51,424 nt of DNA from a virus (taxonomy: Duplodnaviria > Caudoviricetes), in IMG/VR virus record IMGVR_UViG_3300033486_000003, positions 1 to 51,424 of that record. One strand, written 5' to 3'. The notes under the pieces were generated by a model. That model was not told the DNA's origin. It did not search any database and saw only the letters and a list, made by a program, of their open reading frames with translations. The position numbers were made by a program, and so were the translations under genes. Positions 25,213 through 35,306 of this stretch are shown piece after piece; positions within the stretch are counted from its first letter, which is position 1, and each line of letters begins with the position of its first letter.

Positions 25213-25791
25213 TCAAACGCCTCTCTTCTCCTTCCCTCGATGCCAAGCCGCGATGCCAACAGCAGCGCCAGGAACGCCCAGTATAAGGGCTATAGCAGAC
25301 GCTAATGACGGTATAACATTAATCACCTCCGCTACTGTCATCCCCTCGCCTCTAGGGGTGTTCAGGGCCGCATAGAACAGATAGCAACAGAATAGTGTAG
25401 CCAAGAACGAACCAGCGGCCACGGCGAACCCGTTTGCAGGACGCCACGCCTTTTGATACCACGCCTCGTTTGCTGAATTCGCAAGTTCCGCCCGCATTGT
25501 CTCATTCACAGTTCCAATGTCGGCGCTGTCTGCCTGTCTCATTGCCACTTCGTTGGCGTAGGCCATCTCCATCAGTCGGGACTGGTGCGCCAGCTCAAAC
25601 TCTCTGGCCTTCTGCGCGGCTTCGGGATTGCCGGTGAGCGCCGCCACTACATCGACTGGCTCTGCTGATTTGGAGCCGATAGCGGACGCCAGGGCTGCCC
25701 CTATCGCCGAACCGCCTGGTATGGGCAGGGCCGCGCCGAGAAGAGGAAGACCGATCTTTGCGAGTTGCTGGCCGAATTCTTTCAGGTCCAT
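25213..25791 (-). CDS. Holin-like membrane protein
   Basis: WRP motif followed by two hydrophobic helices; adjacent to the endolysin. Confidence 0.65.
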   Translation of the reverse strand: MDLKEFGQQLAKIGLPLLGAALPIPGGSAIGAALASAIGSKSAEPVDVVAALTGNPEAAQKAREFELAHQSRLMEMAYANEVAMRQADSADIGTVNETMRAELANSANEAWYQKAWRPANGFAVAAGSFLATLFCCYLFYAALNTPRGEGMTVAEVINVIPSLASAIALILGVPGAAVGIAAWHRGKEKRGV

Positions 25792-25794
25792 GGT

Positions 25795-26217
25795 CTACTC
25801 CACCAGCTCAATGTGAGGCATGTCCCAGCCGTAAATGCTGCCGCCACCAGATGCAAATAACCCGCCCCATTTGATCTTGTATCCAAGCAAGGAGGCCGCC
25901 TGTAAGAACGCCGCAGCCACCATGGCCAAGTGCTCATGCTTCCATGAGGCCGCGCCATCTACATGGGCGTAAAAGTCTAATGCCTTACCATAGCCATCGG
26001 CAGCCTTTTGATGCTTGCTTTTTTTGATGTAACCATCGGCCTTGCTCTTCTTCTCGATAAAGAGCTGCATCTGTCTTTGGTCTTCTCTAACGCCAGAATC
26101 TGGCCCATGCCCAAAATCAACGAGTGTTATCGTGATGGCTAGGTCGCTTATTTCGATCAGGCGCGGATCGACGCCTTCACGGTTCTTTTTTGATGTGGCA
26201 CTTAATGCGTATGTCAC
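25795..26217 (-). CDS. Endolysin, M15 family (L-Ala-D-Glu peptidase-like)
   Basis: KSKH...ALDFY...WGG...DMPHIEL. Confidence 0.85.
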   Translation of the reverse strand: MTYALSATSKKNREGVDPRLIEISDLAITITLVDFGHGPDSGVREDQRQMQLFIEKKSKADGYIKKSKHQKAADGYGKALDFYAHVDGAASWKHEHLAMVAAAFLQAASLLGYKIKWGGLFASGGGSIYGWDMPHIELVE

Positions 26218-26516
26218 TGTTGTCTCCTCGCTTCTGATTCCGCCCTCAATGCGCCAACTAGCGCCGTGCTAGCATCTTTTGGCTGCATCTGGGAAAGATA
26301 CAATTCAATTCTCTTGAGAGTATCCCATGTCACCATCTGTGATCTCACTATAGCCAGCTCTTTTTCGAGCGCCATCAATCTCGTATCATGTTGAGATAGT
26401 AGTTTATATGATTGCCATTGAAATTTGGCACTTATAGCCACCCCGCCAGCTATGACATAGAGAACAAAGTTCTGCGTCAAGCCCCCTACAAGTATAGCAA
26501 GATCATCGCCGGTCAT
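26214..26516 (-). CDS. Membrane protein in the lysis cassette
   Basis: N-terminal TM segment then coiled coil. Confidence 0.6.
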   Translation of the reverse strand: MTGDDLAILVGGLTQNFVLYVIAGGVAISAKFQWQSYKLLSQHDTRLMALEKELAIVRSQMVTWDTLKRIELYLSQMQPKDASTALVGALRAESEARRQQ

Positions 26517-26964
26517 TTCGTTTTATGGCCTTTAATGCGGACGCCAATGTATTGGGGTCGAATCTCCATGGGTCATCGAAACCAAGAATATAGGCGACGG
26601 CTTCTGAGCAAAACATTTTATCCCTATCCTCTCCTATTCTCCTTATAACAAATCCGGCAATACCAAGAACGTCATACAGCTTCCCCTTGATGTTAAATAT
26701 TCTATCCCTAATGCTTTGTTCATAGGCCAGGCGCTTATCTATTCTGTCAGAAAACCAATCCGATTCTAATCCTAGTTCAATAAAGTCCCAGTTAGATGGG
26801 TCGAAATCAATCCGTTTCTTGCGCACGCCGCCATCCATAAAACTGCTCGATATAGAAATTCCATCGTCAAGCACCAGTTCTACATGAGAGTACGGACCCC
26901 TCGTCCACCATGAAACCAGTTTGTTAAATAGGCGTTTTCGGCCTTTGTAAAGTGCAATTTTCAT
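26503..26964 (-). CDS. Permuted papain-like (YiiX/NlpC-P60) protein
   Basis: YSHVEL...G.LYD...FCSEAVA. Confidence 0.7.
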   Translation of the reverse strand: MKIALYKGRKRLFNKLVSWWTRGPYSHVELVLDDGISISSSFMDGGVRKKRIDFDPSNWDFIELGLESDWFSDRIDKRLAYEQSIRDRIFNIKGKLYDVLGIAGFVIRRIGEDRDKMFCSEAVAYILGFDDPWRFDPNTLASALKAIKRNDRR

Positions 26965-27106
26965 ACTTTACCTTATTCGTTTTTGATTCATTAAAATTGG
27001 TTATTGCGTATACCCGACAATTTCATAGGTCACGTTCCCCCCGACTGTTTATAAAAAAGAAAAGCCGCTCATGGAGGCCCGCGTTCATTCCGAAACATAA
27101 TTTCGA

Positions 27107-28786
27107 TTACGCTTTTTTCACCACAACCTCGGGCCGCCCATCCGGTAATATTCGCTTCACCTGACCAACGGCACGCAGGTACTGAGCGAACGTAATCACT
27201 GAGTCCGCTACAGCCACCCCCGTGATACCTCCTCGCCCATCATCGACCGGCACGATGAAATCGCCAACATTGGCCTGGCCGATGATATTGACAGGAACCT
27301 TTCCGCTATATGCGATTCGATCAACATGAGCGCGGGCGACCTCGACGGCCTGATTAAACACCTTCATATCGGCGTCATATTTTTCTTTCAATGCGCGATA
27401 TTCGAACTCGACTGATTCTCGATATTTGACCATGGCGGTCTCATGATCATGGCGCAGTGCCTCGACCTCCGCATTAATGCGCTGTACTTCGAGATGATAG
27501 GCGCCTATTTCCGCCTCGTCCCCCTCCTCTGGAATCTGCGGCATTTGTGACAATACGGCATTGTAGTCAGACTCCTCCGGGGGGATTACCGTTACATCTT
27601 CTGATCTAGGATATTTCGGCATCGCAATACCAAGAGCCTCGGCACTCCCCCATGAATCCCCCCCGACGTATGAAGGGTCCGTCGATTTAATGCCGAATGT
27701 TTTCGCTTGACTCCAACGATCAACGATCAACCCATCTTCATCAAAACCGATGACGTCACCCTTGGCCACGATATCGCAGGTGCCATGTTTTCTCTCATAC
27801 TCAGCATAGTCGGCACCGCTCGCGTTGATTGTACCGGCTGCATTGATAGACCGAGATGTTGAACTGTTTTTACCAAGCCACACGCAGGCAGAGGACGTAT
27901 TGTATGCAAAGTTACTTACCGAAAGAAAATACACCCCATTACCAGACGACCTATAGTCGTACATATTGAGATAACCGCCACCCTCAACAGAAGGCGTTGC
28001 GCTGATTGTAACTACCCCGGTATTGTCAATCTTGAACCTCTCCGTCCAGGTGATTGCGCCTCCTGCCGCACCGGATGGCGCGGTGTAAAAAATCCAGTTC
28101 CCACTGCTGTATCCGCAATCAATTAAGGAGGCATAACTGTTTCCTATATATTTCCAGCCTGAATTTTGACGCGCATTTAATGCAAGCCCCATATTTGAAT
28201 TGCTCGATTCGACCAGGGCTGAATAATCGCCAACATCGACAACCCCGTTCATAGTGGCCCATGATCTGGCCACCCCTCCTATAGCAACATCCCCCAAGTC
28301 GCTAATAGATTTGTTCGCGTCCAGCACCACCGCCTTCAATGCCTGAGCAATCCCCGGCGTCGTCACATCTGTGTAATTCAGTTCATTGGCTGTTGCAGTT
28401 AATCCAGTCAGAGCCGCAACCGATATTACATTAAAAGTTATTGATGTAGTTCCGGGAATTATCATTCCAGCTGTATCAACGTTAAATATACAATTCGCAT
28501 ATATGGAACCCTGATTTACAGGAATTAAAGTTCCCTTTGTCACATCTTTTTGGTCGTCAAAATCTGGAGTTCTTTCCCATGCAGAAGACTTTACATAGTA
28601 AATTCCGTTTTCACTTGCGGTCGTCTGTGTCCTGACAAGAACGCGATCATCTTCGACGCAAGCGACGCCATCGATGGTTTGCTCTCCTGATAGAGTTATA
28701 TTTGCAGTTGTTGCGACTTTGCATGGAACCTTGATAGCCATTCCGGCATTTACGCCAAATCTACGGTCTGTGCTAACTGATGTCAT
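27107..28786 (-). CDS. Tail fibre with C-terminal autoproteolytic chaperone (peptidase G2-like)
   Basis: N-terminal VATTANITLSGEQTIDGV...DRVLV..QT..SENGIY; C-terminal ADYAEY...RIAYSGKVPV. Confidence 0.8.
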   Translation of the reverse strand: MTSVSTDRRFGVNAGMAIKVPCKVATTANITLSGEQTIDGVACVEDDRVLVRTQTTASENGIYYVKSSAWERTPDFDDQKDVTKGTLIPVNQGSIYANCIFNVDTAGMIIPGTTSITFNVISVAALTGLTATANELNYTDVTTPGIAQALKAVVLDANKSISDLGDVAIGGVARSWATMNGVVDVGDYSALVESSNSNMGLALNARQNSGWKYIGNSYASLIDCGYSSGNWIFYTAPSGAAGGAITWTERFKIDNTGVVTISATPSVEGGGYLNMYDYRSSGNGVYFLSVSNFAYNTSSACVWLGKNSSTSRSINAAGTINASGADYAEYERKHGTCDIVAKGDVIGFDEDGLIVDRWSQAKTFGIKSTDPSYVGGDSWGSAEALGIAMPKYPRSEDVTVIPPEESDYNAVLSQMPQIPEEGDEAEIGAYHLEVQRINAEVEALRHDHETAMVKYRESVEFEYRALKEKYDADMKVFNQAVEVARAHVDRIAYSGKVPVNIIGQANVGDFIVPVDDGRGGITGVAVADSVITFAQYLRAVGQVKRILPDGRPEVVVKKA

Positions 28787-28790
28787 TTTC

Positions 28791-31700
28791 TTATTCCTTC
28801 GGTTTTCTAATCAGGAAGTAACGGGCGTCAAATGGGCTTTCCATCTCTTCTTCGCCAGTATAGAGGTCCATGGCGTAGCCGCCGGTGATGTTCAACTGAG
28901 CAAGGCCGGGGATGCCTGCTGCATAACCGGCGGTCATCATGGCGTGTTTCATGAACTTATCTGCCTCGCCCTCGCCCGCAAGCAGCTTCGCCCCAGTGTC
29001 GCCAGTTATTACAAGTTCCTTGCCAACGGAAAGTAGCGGTGAACCTTCAAATCTGTGGCCGGTATCCAAGGAACTGGCGACTTCTCTTGCAACCGGAATT
29101 CCCGCGAACAGGTAAGCAATGGATTTGCCAGCCGCCCATTCTGCGTAACATCCATCGTCATCCTCTTCGCATTTAGGGAACCTACCGGCGAGAAGTTCAG
29201 AAAGCGTGGCCGCCATAATGACAAGCGTGAACGTTCTCAACCCCGCGTCGAGTTTACGGTGAGCTTTCAATACCTCGTTTTCGCTTTTAGCATCTCTGAG
29301 TATTGAGGTTAGTCGTCCGTGATATGTGGCAAAGTAGCTGAAGAACAAAGTCACGAATTGCAACGACGCGGCACGTTGAGCGGCGTTAAGGTCTTTCACT
29401 CCCCCAGAGCCAAGAGAAAGACGAACGATCTTGTCAGCATGTGCAACCGCTTCGGTTTCAGTAAGCTCTTGGTCTATGGCCCAACGATAAGCCCCTGTCC
29501 AGGTCGGGATGGCGATTGACATATCCATATAACCGATGTGCTTCATTGACAGCAGTCGGATGAAGTCCATGATTCCTTGCTTTCCTATCGCCCGTTCAAA
29601 ATTTTCCCTAATGTTTCTATCAAAGCTGTTGACGCGATTATTCATCTGCTCCGATTTGCTGAACACGAATTTTGCAGACTGGAACGGATGGCGGGTAAAT
29701 TCGCCGACTCCTTTTCTGAGATACCCGACTCCCATCACTTGGTTTTCTGCGCTGCGCTGACGGAATATCTCCATGGATGCGGTGATACCGGCAAGCTGCG
29801 CCGACGCTGTTGTGTACTTAAAGCCCATTGCGACAAGCGATATATTGCGGCGAAGTTTCCCAAGCCACTTACCCCACCACCTTGCCCCAACATCATCGGT
29901 AACGGCTCGACCGTTGGCGACAGCGTGCGCCCAACTGGTGAACTGGTTGTAAGCATCCACGCCGAGTTTGTCTTTGATGATCCCTTGAACTTTACGGTTG
30001 CTCAAAAGCTTCCAAGCATCACGAAGCGCTTTCTTGTGGCTGATCAGGTGGGAAACTTCGGATAGGTGCTGTGGGATGATAGACAGCCCACCAGTCAACA
30101 GTATTTGTCCAGCCGCGCCAGTGATGCGCTTCTTTGTGAAACCATCGGCTACCTTGGGCCTAAAGAATCCCGTCTGCCCTTCGACGGCTCCGGCTTTTGC
30201 TTCGGCCTGCTTTAGTCCTGCGGCTGAGGAGCGGGGATCATAGATAACCGGGAAGTACCCGCCCTTTAATTGCTGGCCCGACGGAGTGGTAAAGGGGCGC
30301 GGCTCAACTCCCTTCGGAGCTATCCCGGTAATGCTGCGCTCAACTTCAACGATCTGCGGCCACAACTCCCCGATGGCATCCCATATTCCCTGAACGGCTT
30401 CCCACTCTTTAGCGGTTAGATGGCTGACGATTTCTCGAACCTGGTCATCAGTCCAGCCATAACCATCTTTCAGCTTAAACTCATTTGACTCATTCCCGAA
30501 ATTCAGCGCCATGGTCATTATCGCTTCGACGCTTAACGACTGGCTCTTGCCGTCGATCTTCGGCAGGCTCTTTATCTCGTACTGCTGCATCAGGCGTTTG
30601 CCATCAAGGCCATCTAGCATTTCGACTATCTTGTAAAGGGCGTTGGCGTCTATCTTGTTTCTAGCGTTTTCGGCTTGGGCCATTGGCTCGAAGATGTACT
30701 TTGCAAATGGGCCATTCGGTATCCCACCGTCCAGAAACTGCGCCAGCTGCTCAACCTTCACCAGTGGTGCATTGAACCCACGCATCGTCTCCCCGGCCTT
30801 CTGGAGCATCGAGAGAGTGGCTTTGTCTATCGGGTTGGGGACTCCTTTCGGAATGGCCTTGTCTGCTACCGTCTCCATCTCGTTAATGGCATCTTCGAGG
30901 GCTATCCGCTCTTCGCCTGCGATCAGCTCTTTCTTGTTCCGGCCAACTGCCGCCAACATGCGGACAGTCTCATACAGCCCTTCAAGCTCTTCGATGGTCA
31001 GCTCTTTGTAACTCTTCTTGTCGGTCAGCACCCATTCTGGAATGTCGGTGAATTCGGTTATCTCGCCATCCTCTGCCAGTTGGCGGACGTGCTCCTTGAG
31101 GTCAATGTCTTTGAGCGTGACGGATTTTCTAAGGTCATATCTCCCTAGTAGCTCAACGATGGCTTCCTGCTCGTCGGGGTCGATGCGCTTCAGGTATTCC
31201 GGTTTCTCGAACTTCTTGAAGTAGGCAAGGGCCTTCTCGTTGTTCTGTTGGGCTTCGATAGCAGCGCGGTACAGGCGGCCACTTAGCAGCTGGTCGCGCT
31301 TGGCTTGGGCGGCAAGTTCAGAAGCGGGTCTTCCGCCGCGCTCCTTTATGCGCTCTTCTGCCCTAGTTTTTGCTTCGGTCGCTTTTGCTATGGCGTCTTC
31401 TTCAGACAGGCCTTTTTTAATCTTCGCCGTGTAAACGGTTTTGTATGCCGTTTCCGGCTCTTTCAGTGACTTGTAAGCGTTTCGCGCATTCCTTGCTGCT
31501 CGACTTGCCGCCGCCAGGTATTGCAACGGCTTCAGATCGCGAACCTTCATCTTGGCGATACGTTCGCGGGCGTACTCGTCAGAAGCCTTGAGCAACATCT
31601 TCAGGTTGCCGACCTTCTTGTCCAGCTTGGCCAGCTCAGTGGCTACCATTCTGGTATGCGCTTCGTTGTGAATGGCGTCGTTGGCCGCGTCTTCGATGGC

Positions 31701-34700
31701 TTGTGGGTCAGAAAGGTCGGCGTGTTCTTCCAGCATTCGCTGGTCTGTGATGGATTCGATCAAGGTATCCATCTTCTCGGCTTCGAGCAGTGCGTTTACC
31801 AGCGCATCACCAGACGAGAAGCCAAACCATTCGGCAACGGCATCGGGATCAAGCCCGCCCTTCTCAGTGCGCCAGCCATAGCGCCCTGTTGGCATGTACC
31901 GCCACTTGGCGGCAGGGGCGTCACCGTATTGAGCCTTGAGCGCCTCACTAGAGAGTTTGGTGGTGGTTAATCCTGCCTCGGTAATTCCTCTCCGTGCATC
32001 GCGGTTAAGCCCTTTCAAGTCGGCCAGTTCGCCATGAGACAAGAACCGCATGGCTTGGTATACGGGGCGGTTTCTTACCTCTGCATCTACTTCGGCCTTA
32101 ACTCCGGCGCGAACCTCCTTACCGGCCGCCTGAAGGCGCTTCATCTCTTTGCTCTTGGCGTTGTCCAGCCACTTCAAGTCTCGAAGGCTGCGGCGCTCCA
32201 GCTTTTCAACCGCGTCATCGGTCTGGGCGGTAACGGTGTCTTGGTACTTCTGCCACTCTTCTTCGTTGGTGAATTCTTCTCTGGTAAAGAGTGGAATGAA
32301 CGATCTTGCTTTCTGAGTGGCTGCAATCTGCTCATCTGAGGCAAGCATCCGATCAAACACGCTGCGAACCTCGGGGGTGATCTTCTCGGGGGAGAGATAG
32401 TCTTTGATGTTCTGGTAGACTTGATTCAGCCATGCCCGGTAAGTTCTGAACAGGGACTTCATCCCTTCGCTTGGGGCTTTGCCCTCAAACAGATAAACCT
32501 CAAACGCTTCCGCTACCTTCTCATGCCCGGCGCGGCGCTCTTCGATGGACATTGAATTCCACTTGTCGAGCGATTCAACACCAACAAACGAAAGCAAAGC
32601 AGCCATGTCGGCCTTCACTTTTTCCGGGGCATCCGGGCGGCTGGATATGTCTTTGTAGACTTCGAAGAAGAAGTGCCCAGTCTCATGCAGGACGGTTGAT
32701 AGATCAGCGCCTTCAAATAGTGATATGACCGATGGTGCTTGAGTGATGTCTTCGGCCATGGAAATTTGGCCACGGCGCTGCTGACGAAGAATGTTAGGGT
32801 CTTCTGGGGAGAAGGTGCCGATGTTGTCTGTTGACTTAATCTGCTTAATATCCAAAACGGCGAGTGACGAAGATCTATCGCTTTCGGCAAAATAAATTCC
32901 ATCGTATGGAATCGCATTACCGTCTAACCATTTCCTTAATTGTGGCTCCATCGTCCAAAACGGAAGCGCCCCACGATCTGATCCAGCGGTTGCGTATGAT
33001 GGAGCACTTGTCTCATCAAGAAATCTGTTCCATAAACGGATACCTTCATTCCTTGATGCCTCAAATGGTTTTTCGGCTTTAACGTAGATAGAGAAAACTT
33101 TTCCGCCACGGCCATATAATTCCGCGAACTCTTTTTCCTCAGTGGTAAAGATTAACGCTTGATCACTAAATGCTTCAGCGTTTTCGTGCATGCTTCCGCG
33201 ATACATAACCAATGGCCTGCCCTGATCATCCACCACACGACTATCAGCAAACCACTTCCAAAAGTTCCGCAGCGCCTCTTCCGTCTGCGCAATAGGCTGG
33301 CCCTTGCTGTTCGTCGTCGGGCGCTCTACGCCGTTGATGGTGATTGTTGGGGAGATGAATTTCTCCCCGGTTTTCTGATATAGCGTTCCACCCGCCACCG
33401 TTTCCCCGGGAGGAGGGGTCGGTTCGGCGGATGGCGGGGGAACTCTGAATTGAAGGCCGTAGCGTTCATAGACTTCGTGGGGCATGATTCCCAGTTCTTT
33501 GCCCATGACGATGGAGAAGGCCCGATGTAATTCGGCTTTCTGAGCGGCGGCGCGTTCGTCAAACTTTCCGGTACTGGTGATCTGCTGGGTAATCTGGTCC
33601 CGTACCTGATCGGCGCTGGCGATTATTGGGTCACGCTCTTCTGTCTCTGCGAGAATTTCGTCAGCGCGGGCCTGAAGCTTTTGGCCATACTCCTGCTCAA
33701 ACTTTTCGGCTTGAGCTGGTGTCGGGTCGTCGGGGTCGGTGCGGATGTGCTTGGAAAGCGCTGCGTGATGTTCGGTAGCGGCGATCTTTGAGGCGTAATC
33801 CCCCATGGTCATTCTGAGATCACCACCAGAAGCCACGGCTTCATCGAACTGTTCGGCTACTCCCGGAATTTCGCTGGCCACTTGGCGCGGATCAACCCCC
33901 AGCTCTTGGAAGTATTTAGCGAACTCGCGGGCCTCGATGTAGACCTCTGGGGTTTCCATTCCATCAACGAATCGTTTCAGGTCTTCGGGGGAACGCTTTC
34001 CTAGTTTCCCTTCTTTGGCGGCTTGGCCTACCTGCTCCATCATCGCAGCAGTGGCTTGTGCCTGTCTTGCGGCGGCGGCGTCTCGCACGATGTTAGCGGC
34101 ACCTGGATCGGACAATGCAGCAGTGGCAATATCAACAGGCGCGGTAGTGAACTCACCAAAGAATTCGAGCATCTGTTCTGCAAGACTGATATTTTCTCCA
34201 ACTGCTGCCGCAGAGGCGGTGGCACCAGCAGCACCAGCTACACCCTGCTTCACGGCTTCGGCGGCAACTGTTCCCGCCTTCTTCAAGCGGGTAGTACCAA
34301 CCGGTACAGGGGCAAAGGCAAATGCCGCATTCACCGCGCCTTCGACAACTGATTTGATACTCGCCCTACCGGCAGCGGCTTCTGGTGTTAGCCCTCTACT
34401 AATACCTTCGGCCATCTCTCCGCCAAAAGTCATTCCAGCATTAGTCCCAAATTGAAGTGCCGCCATAGGAACGGTGGCGGCTACATAGCGTTTCACTGCT
34501 TCATTAGTGAGTCTGTCGGTTACCGCCTTTCGGATGGGGGAAACAGCAAAACCGGCGGGGACTCCAAAGGCCGTCAATGGTGCTACCTGTTCGGCAAAGA
34601 GAACACCAAGAACACTAGGATTCTGCGCGAGATATGCCATGCCCTCGCCAATGCCACCCATGGTGGTGGGCTGCTGTTCGACGACGGAGGCAAATTCCTT

Positions 34701-35306
34701 CATCTTCGGGTCTTGGGGAATTGCACCATACGACTTGGCAGCAATCGACAACCCACCCGCTCCACGACCTACCTGAATCTTCTCTTGAGCCTTAGCCCAT
34801 TGCTCATCGGTCATGCTCTTGGGTTTAGGCAAGGTCATGCTGCCAATGTCACTCAACGTCTTGTCGATGAAGTACCCCATCGCCTCGGCGGTAACCCCGA
34901 CGTTGGTCGCCCCGCGCTTCAGACCGTTACCAATCCGCTCCCAGAAAGAAAGGTTATCAACGTCATCATGGGCGATCTTGGCGAATTCTGGATCGGCAAA
35001 GGCTTTTTTTGTGTACTCGGTATCCTGTAGCTTCTGGAGGATGTTGCTCTGTTTGGCGAGGTCAACAACTTGCGGCTGACGCTCTGCAACATCCATCGGA
35101 ACGCCGACGGTCAAAGCGCCCAACTTGGTTCGTGCCGCTTCGTCAGGGTTTGATTTCAGCGCATTATTGACGGACGTGCGAAGACGGGCATCTTCCATCG
35201 AGACAAGGGATTGGTGGGCTTCTTCAAGCCAGTTGCGGCTTTCGGGCAACGCAGCTGGCTTTGCCGTAAGATTTGTCGCCGCTTGTTCTAGCCATGCCTC
35301 GGCCAT
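28791..35306 (-). CDS. Large internal virion/ejection protein with polyvalent ART-like and HExxH domains
   Basis: 2171 aa in the T7 gp16-like position; FWKWFADSRVVDDQGRPLVMYRG...QIKSTDNIGTF; STVLHETGHFF. Confidence 0.75.
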   Translation of the reverse strand: MAEAWLEQAATNLTAKPAALPESRNWLEEAHQSLVSMEDARLRTSVNNALKSNPDEAARTKLGALTVGVPMDVAERQPQVVDLAKQSNILQKLQDTEYTKKAFADPEFAKIAHDDVDNLSFWERIGNGLKRGATNVGVTAEAMGYFIDKTLSDIGSMTLPKPKSMTDEQWAKAQEKIQVGRGAGGLSIAAKSYGAIPQDPKMKEFASVVEQQPTTMGGIGEGMAYLAQNPSVLGVLFAEQVAPLTAFGVPAGFAVSPIRKAVTDRLTNEAVKRYVAATVPMAALQFGTNAGMTFGGEMAEGISRGLTPEAAAGRASIKSVVEGAVNAAFAFAPVPVGTTRLKKAGTVAAEAVKQGVAGAAGATASAAAVGENISLAEQMLEFFGEFTTAPVDIATAALSDPGAANIVRDAAAARQAQATAAMMEQVGQAAKEGKLGKRSPEDLKRFVDGMETPEVYIEAREFAKYFQELGVDPRQVASEIPGVAEQFDEAVASGGDLRMTMGDYASKIAATEHHAALSKHIRTDPDDPTPAQAEKFEQEYGQKLQARADEILAETEERDPIIASADQVRDQITQQITSTGKFDERAAAQKAELHRAFSIVMGKELGIMPHEVYERYGLQFRVPPPSAEPTPPPGETVAGGTLYQKTGEKFISPTITINGVERPTTNSKGQPIAQTEEALRNFWKWFADSRVVDDQGRPLVMYRGSMHENAEAFSDQALIFTTEEKEFAELYGRGGKVFSIYVKAEKPFEASRNEGIRLWNRFLDETSAPSYATAGSDRGALPFWTMEPQLRKWLDGNAIPYDGIYFAESDRSSSLAVLDIKQIKSTDNIGTFSPEDPNILRQQRRGQISMAEDITQAPSVISLFEGADLSTVLHETGHFFFEVYKDISSRPDAPEKVKADMAALLSFVGVESLDKWNSMSIEERRAGHEKVAEAFEVYLFEGKAPSEGMKSLFRTYRAWLNQVYQNIKDYLSPEKITPEVRSVFDRMLASDEQIAATQKARSFIPLFTREEFTNEEEWQKYQDTVTAQTDDAVEKLERRSLRDLKWLDNAKSKEMKRLQAAGKEVRAGVKAEVDAEVRNRPVYQAMRFLSHGELADLKGLNRDARRGITEAGLTTTKLSSEALKAQYGDAPAAKWRYMPTGRYGWRTEKGGLDPDAVAEWFGFSSGDALVNALLEAEKMDTLIESITDQRMLEEHADLSDPQAIEDAANDAIHNEAHTRMVATELAKLDKKVGNLKMLLKASDEYARERIAKMKVRDLKPLQYLAAASRAARNARNAYKSLKEPETAYKTVYTAKIKKGLSEEDAIAKATEAKTRAEERIKERGGRPASELAAQAKRDQLLSGRLYRAAIEAQQNNEKALAYFKKFEKPEYLKRIDPDEQEAIVELLGRYDLRKSVTLKDIDLKEHVRQLAEDGEITEFTDIPEWVLTDKKSYKELTIEELEGLYETVRMLAAVGRNKKELIAGEERIALEDAINEMETVADKAIPKGVPNPIDKATLSMLQKAGETMRGFNAPLVKVEQLAQFLDGGIPNGPFAKYIFEPMAQAENARNKIDANALYKIVEMLDGLDGKRLMQQYEIKSLPKIDGKSQSLSVEAIMTMALNFGNESNEFKLKDGYGWTDDQVREIVSHLTAKEWEAVQGIWDAIGELWPQIVEVERSITGIAPKGVEPRPFTTPSGQQLKGGYFPVIYDPRSSAAGLKQAEAKAGAVEGQTGFFRPKVADGFTKKRITGAAGQILLTGGLSIIPQHLSEVSHLISHKKALRDAWKLLSNRKVQGIIKDKLGVDAYNQFTSWAHAVANGRAVTDDVGARWWGKWLGKLRRNISLVAMGFKYTTASAQLAGITASMEIFRQRSAENQVMGVGYLRKGVGEFTRHPFQSAKFVFSKSEQMNNRVNSFDRNIRENFERAIGKQGIMDFIRLLSMKHIGYMDMSIAIPTWTGAYRWAIDQELTETEAVAHADKIVRLSLGSGGVKDLNAAQRAASLQFVTLFFSYFATYHGRLTSILRDAKSENEVLKAHRKLDAGLRTFTLVIMAATLSELLAGRFPKCEEDDDGCYAEWAAGKSIAYLFAGIPVAREVASSLDTGHRFEGSPLLSVGKELVITGDTGAKLLAGEGEADKFMKHAMMTAGYAAGIPGLAQLNITGGYAMDLYTGEEEMESPFDARYFLIRKPKE

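Noticed and set aside
27107-28786. Diversity-generating retroelement as in BPP-1
   Set aside because: No reverse transcriptase, and no template/variable repeat pair seen near the tail fibre.
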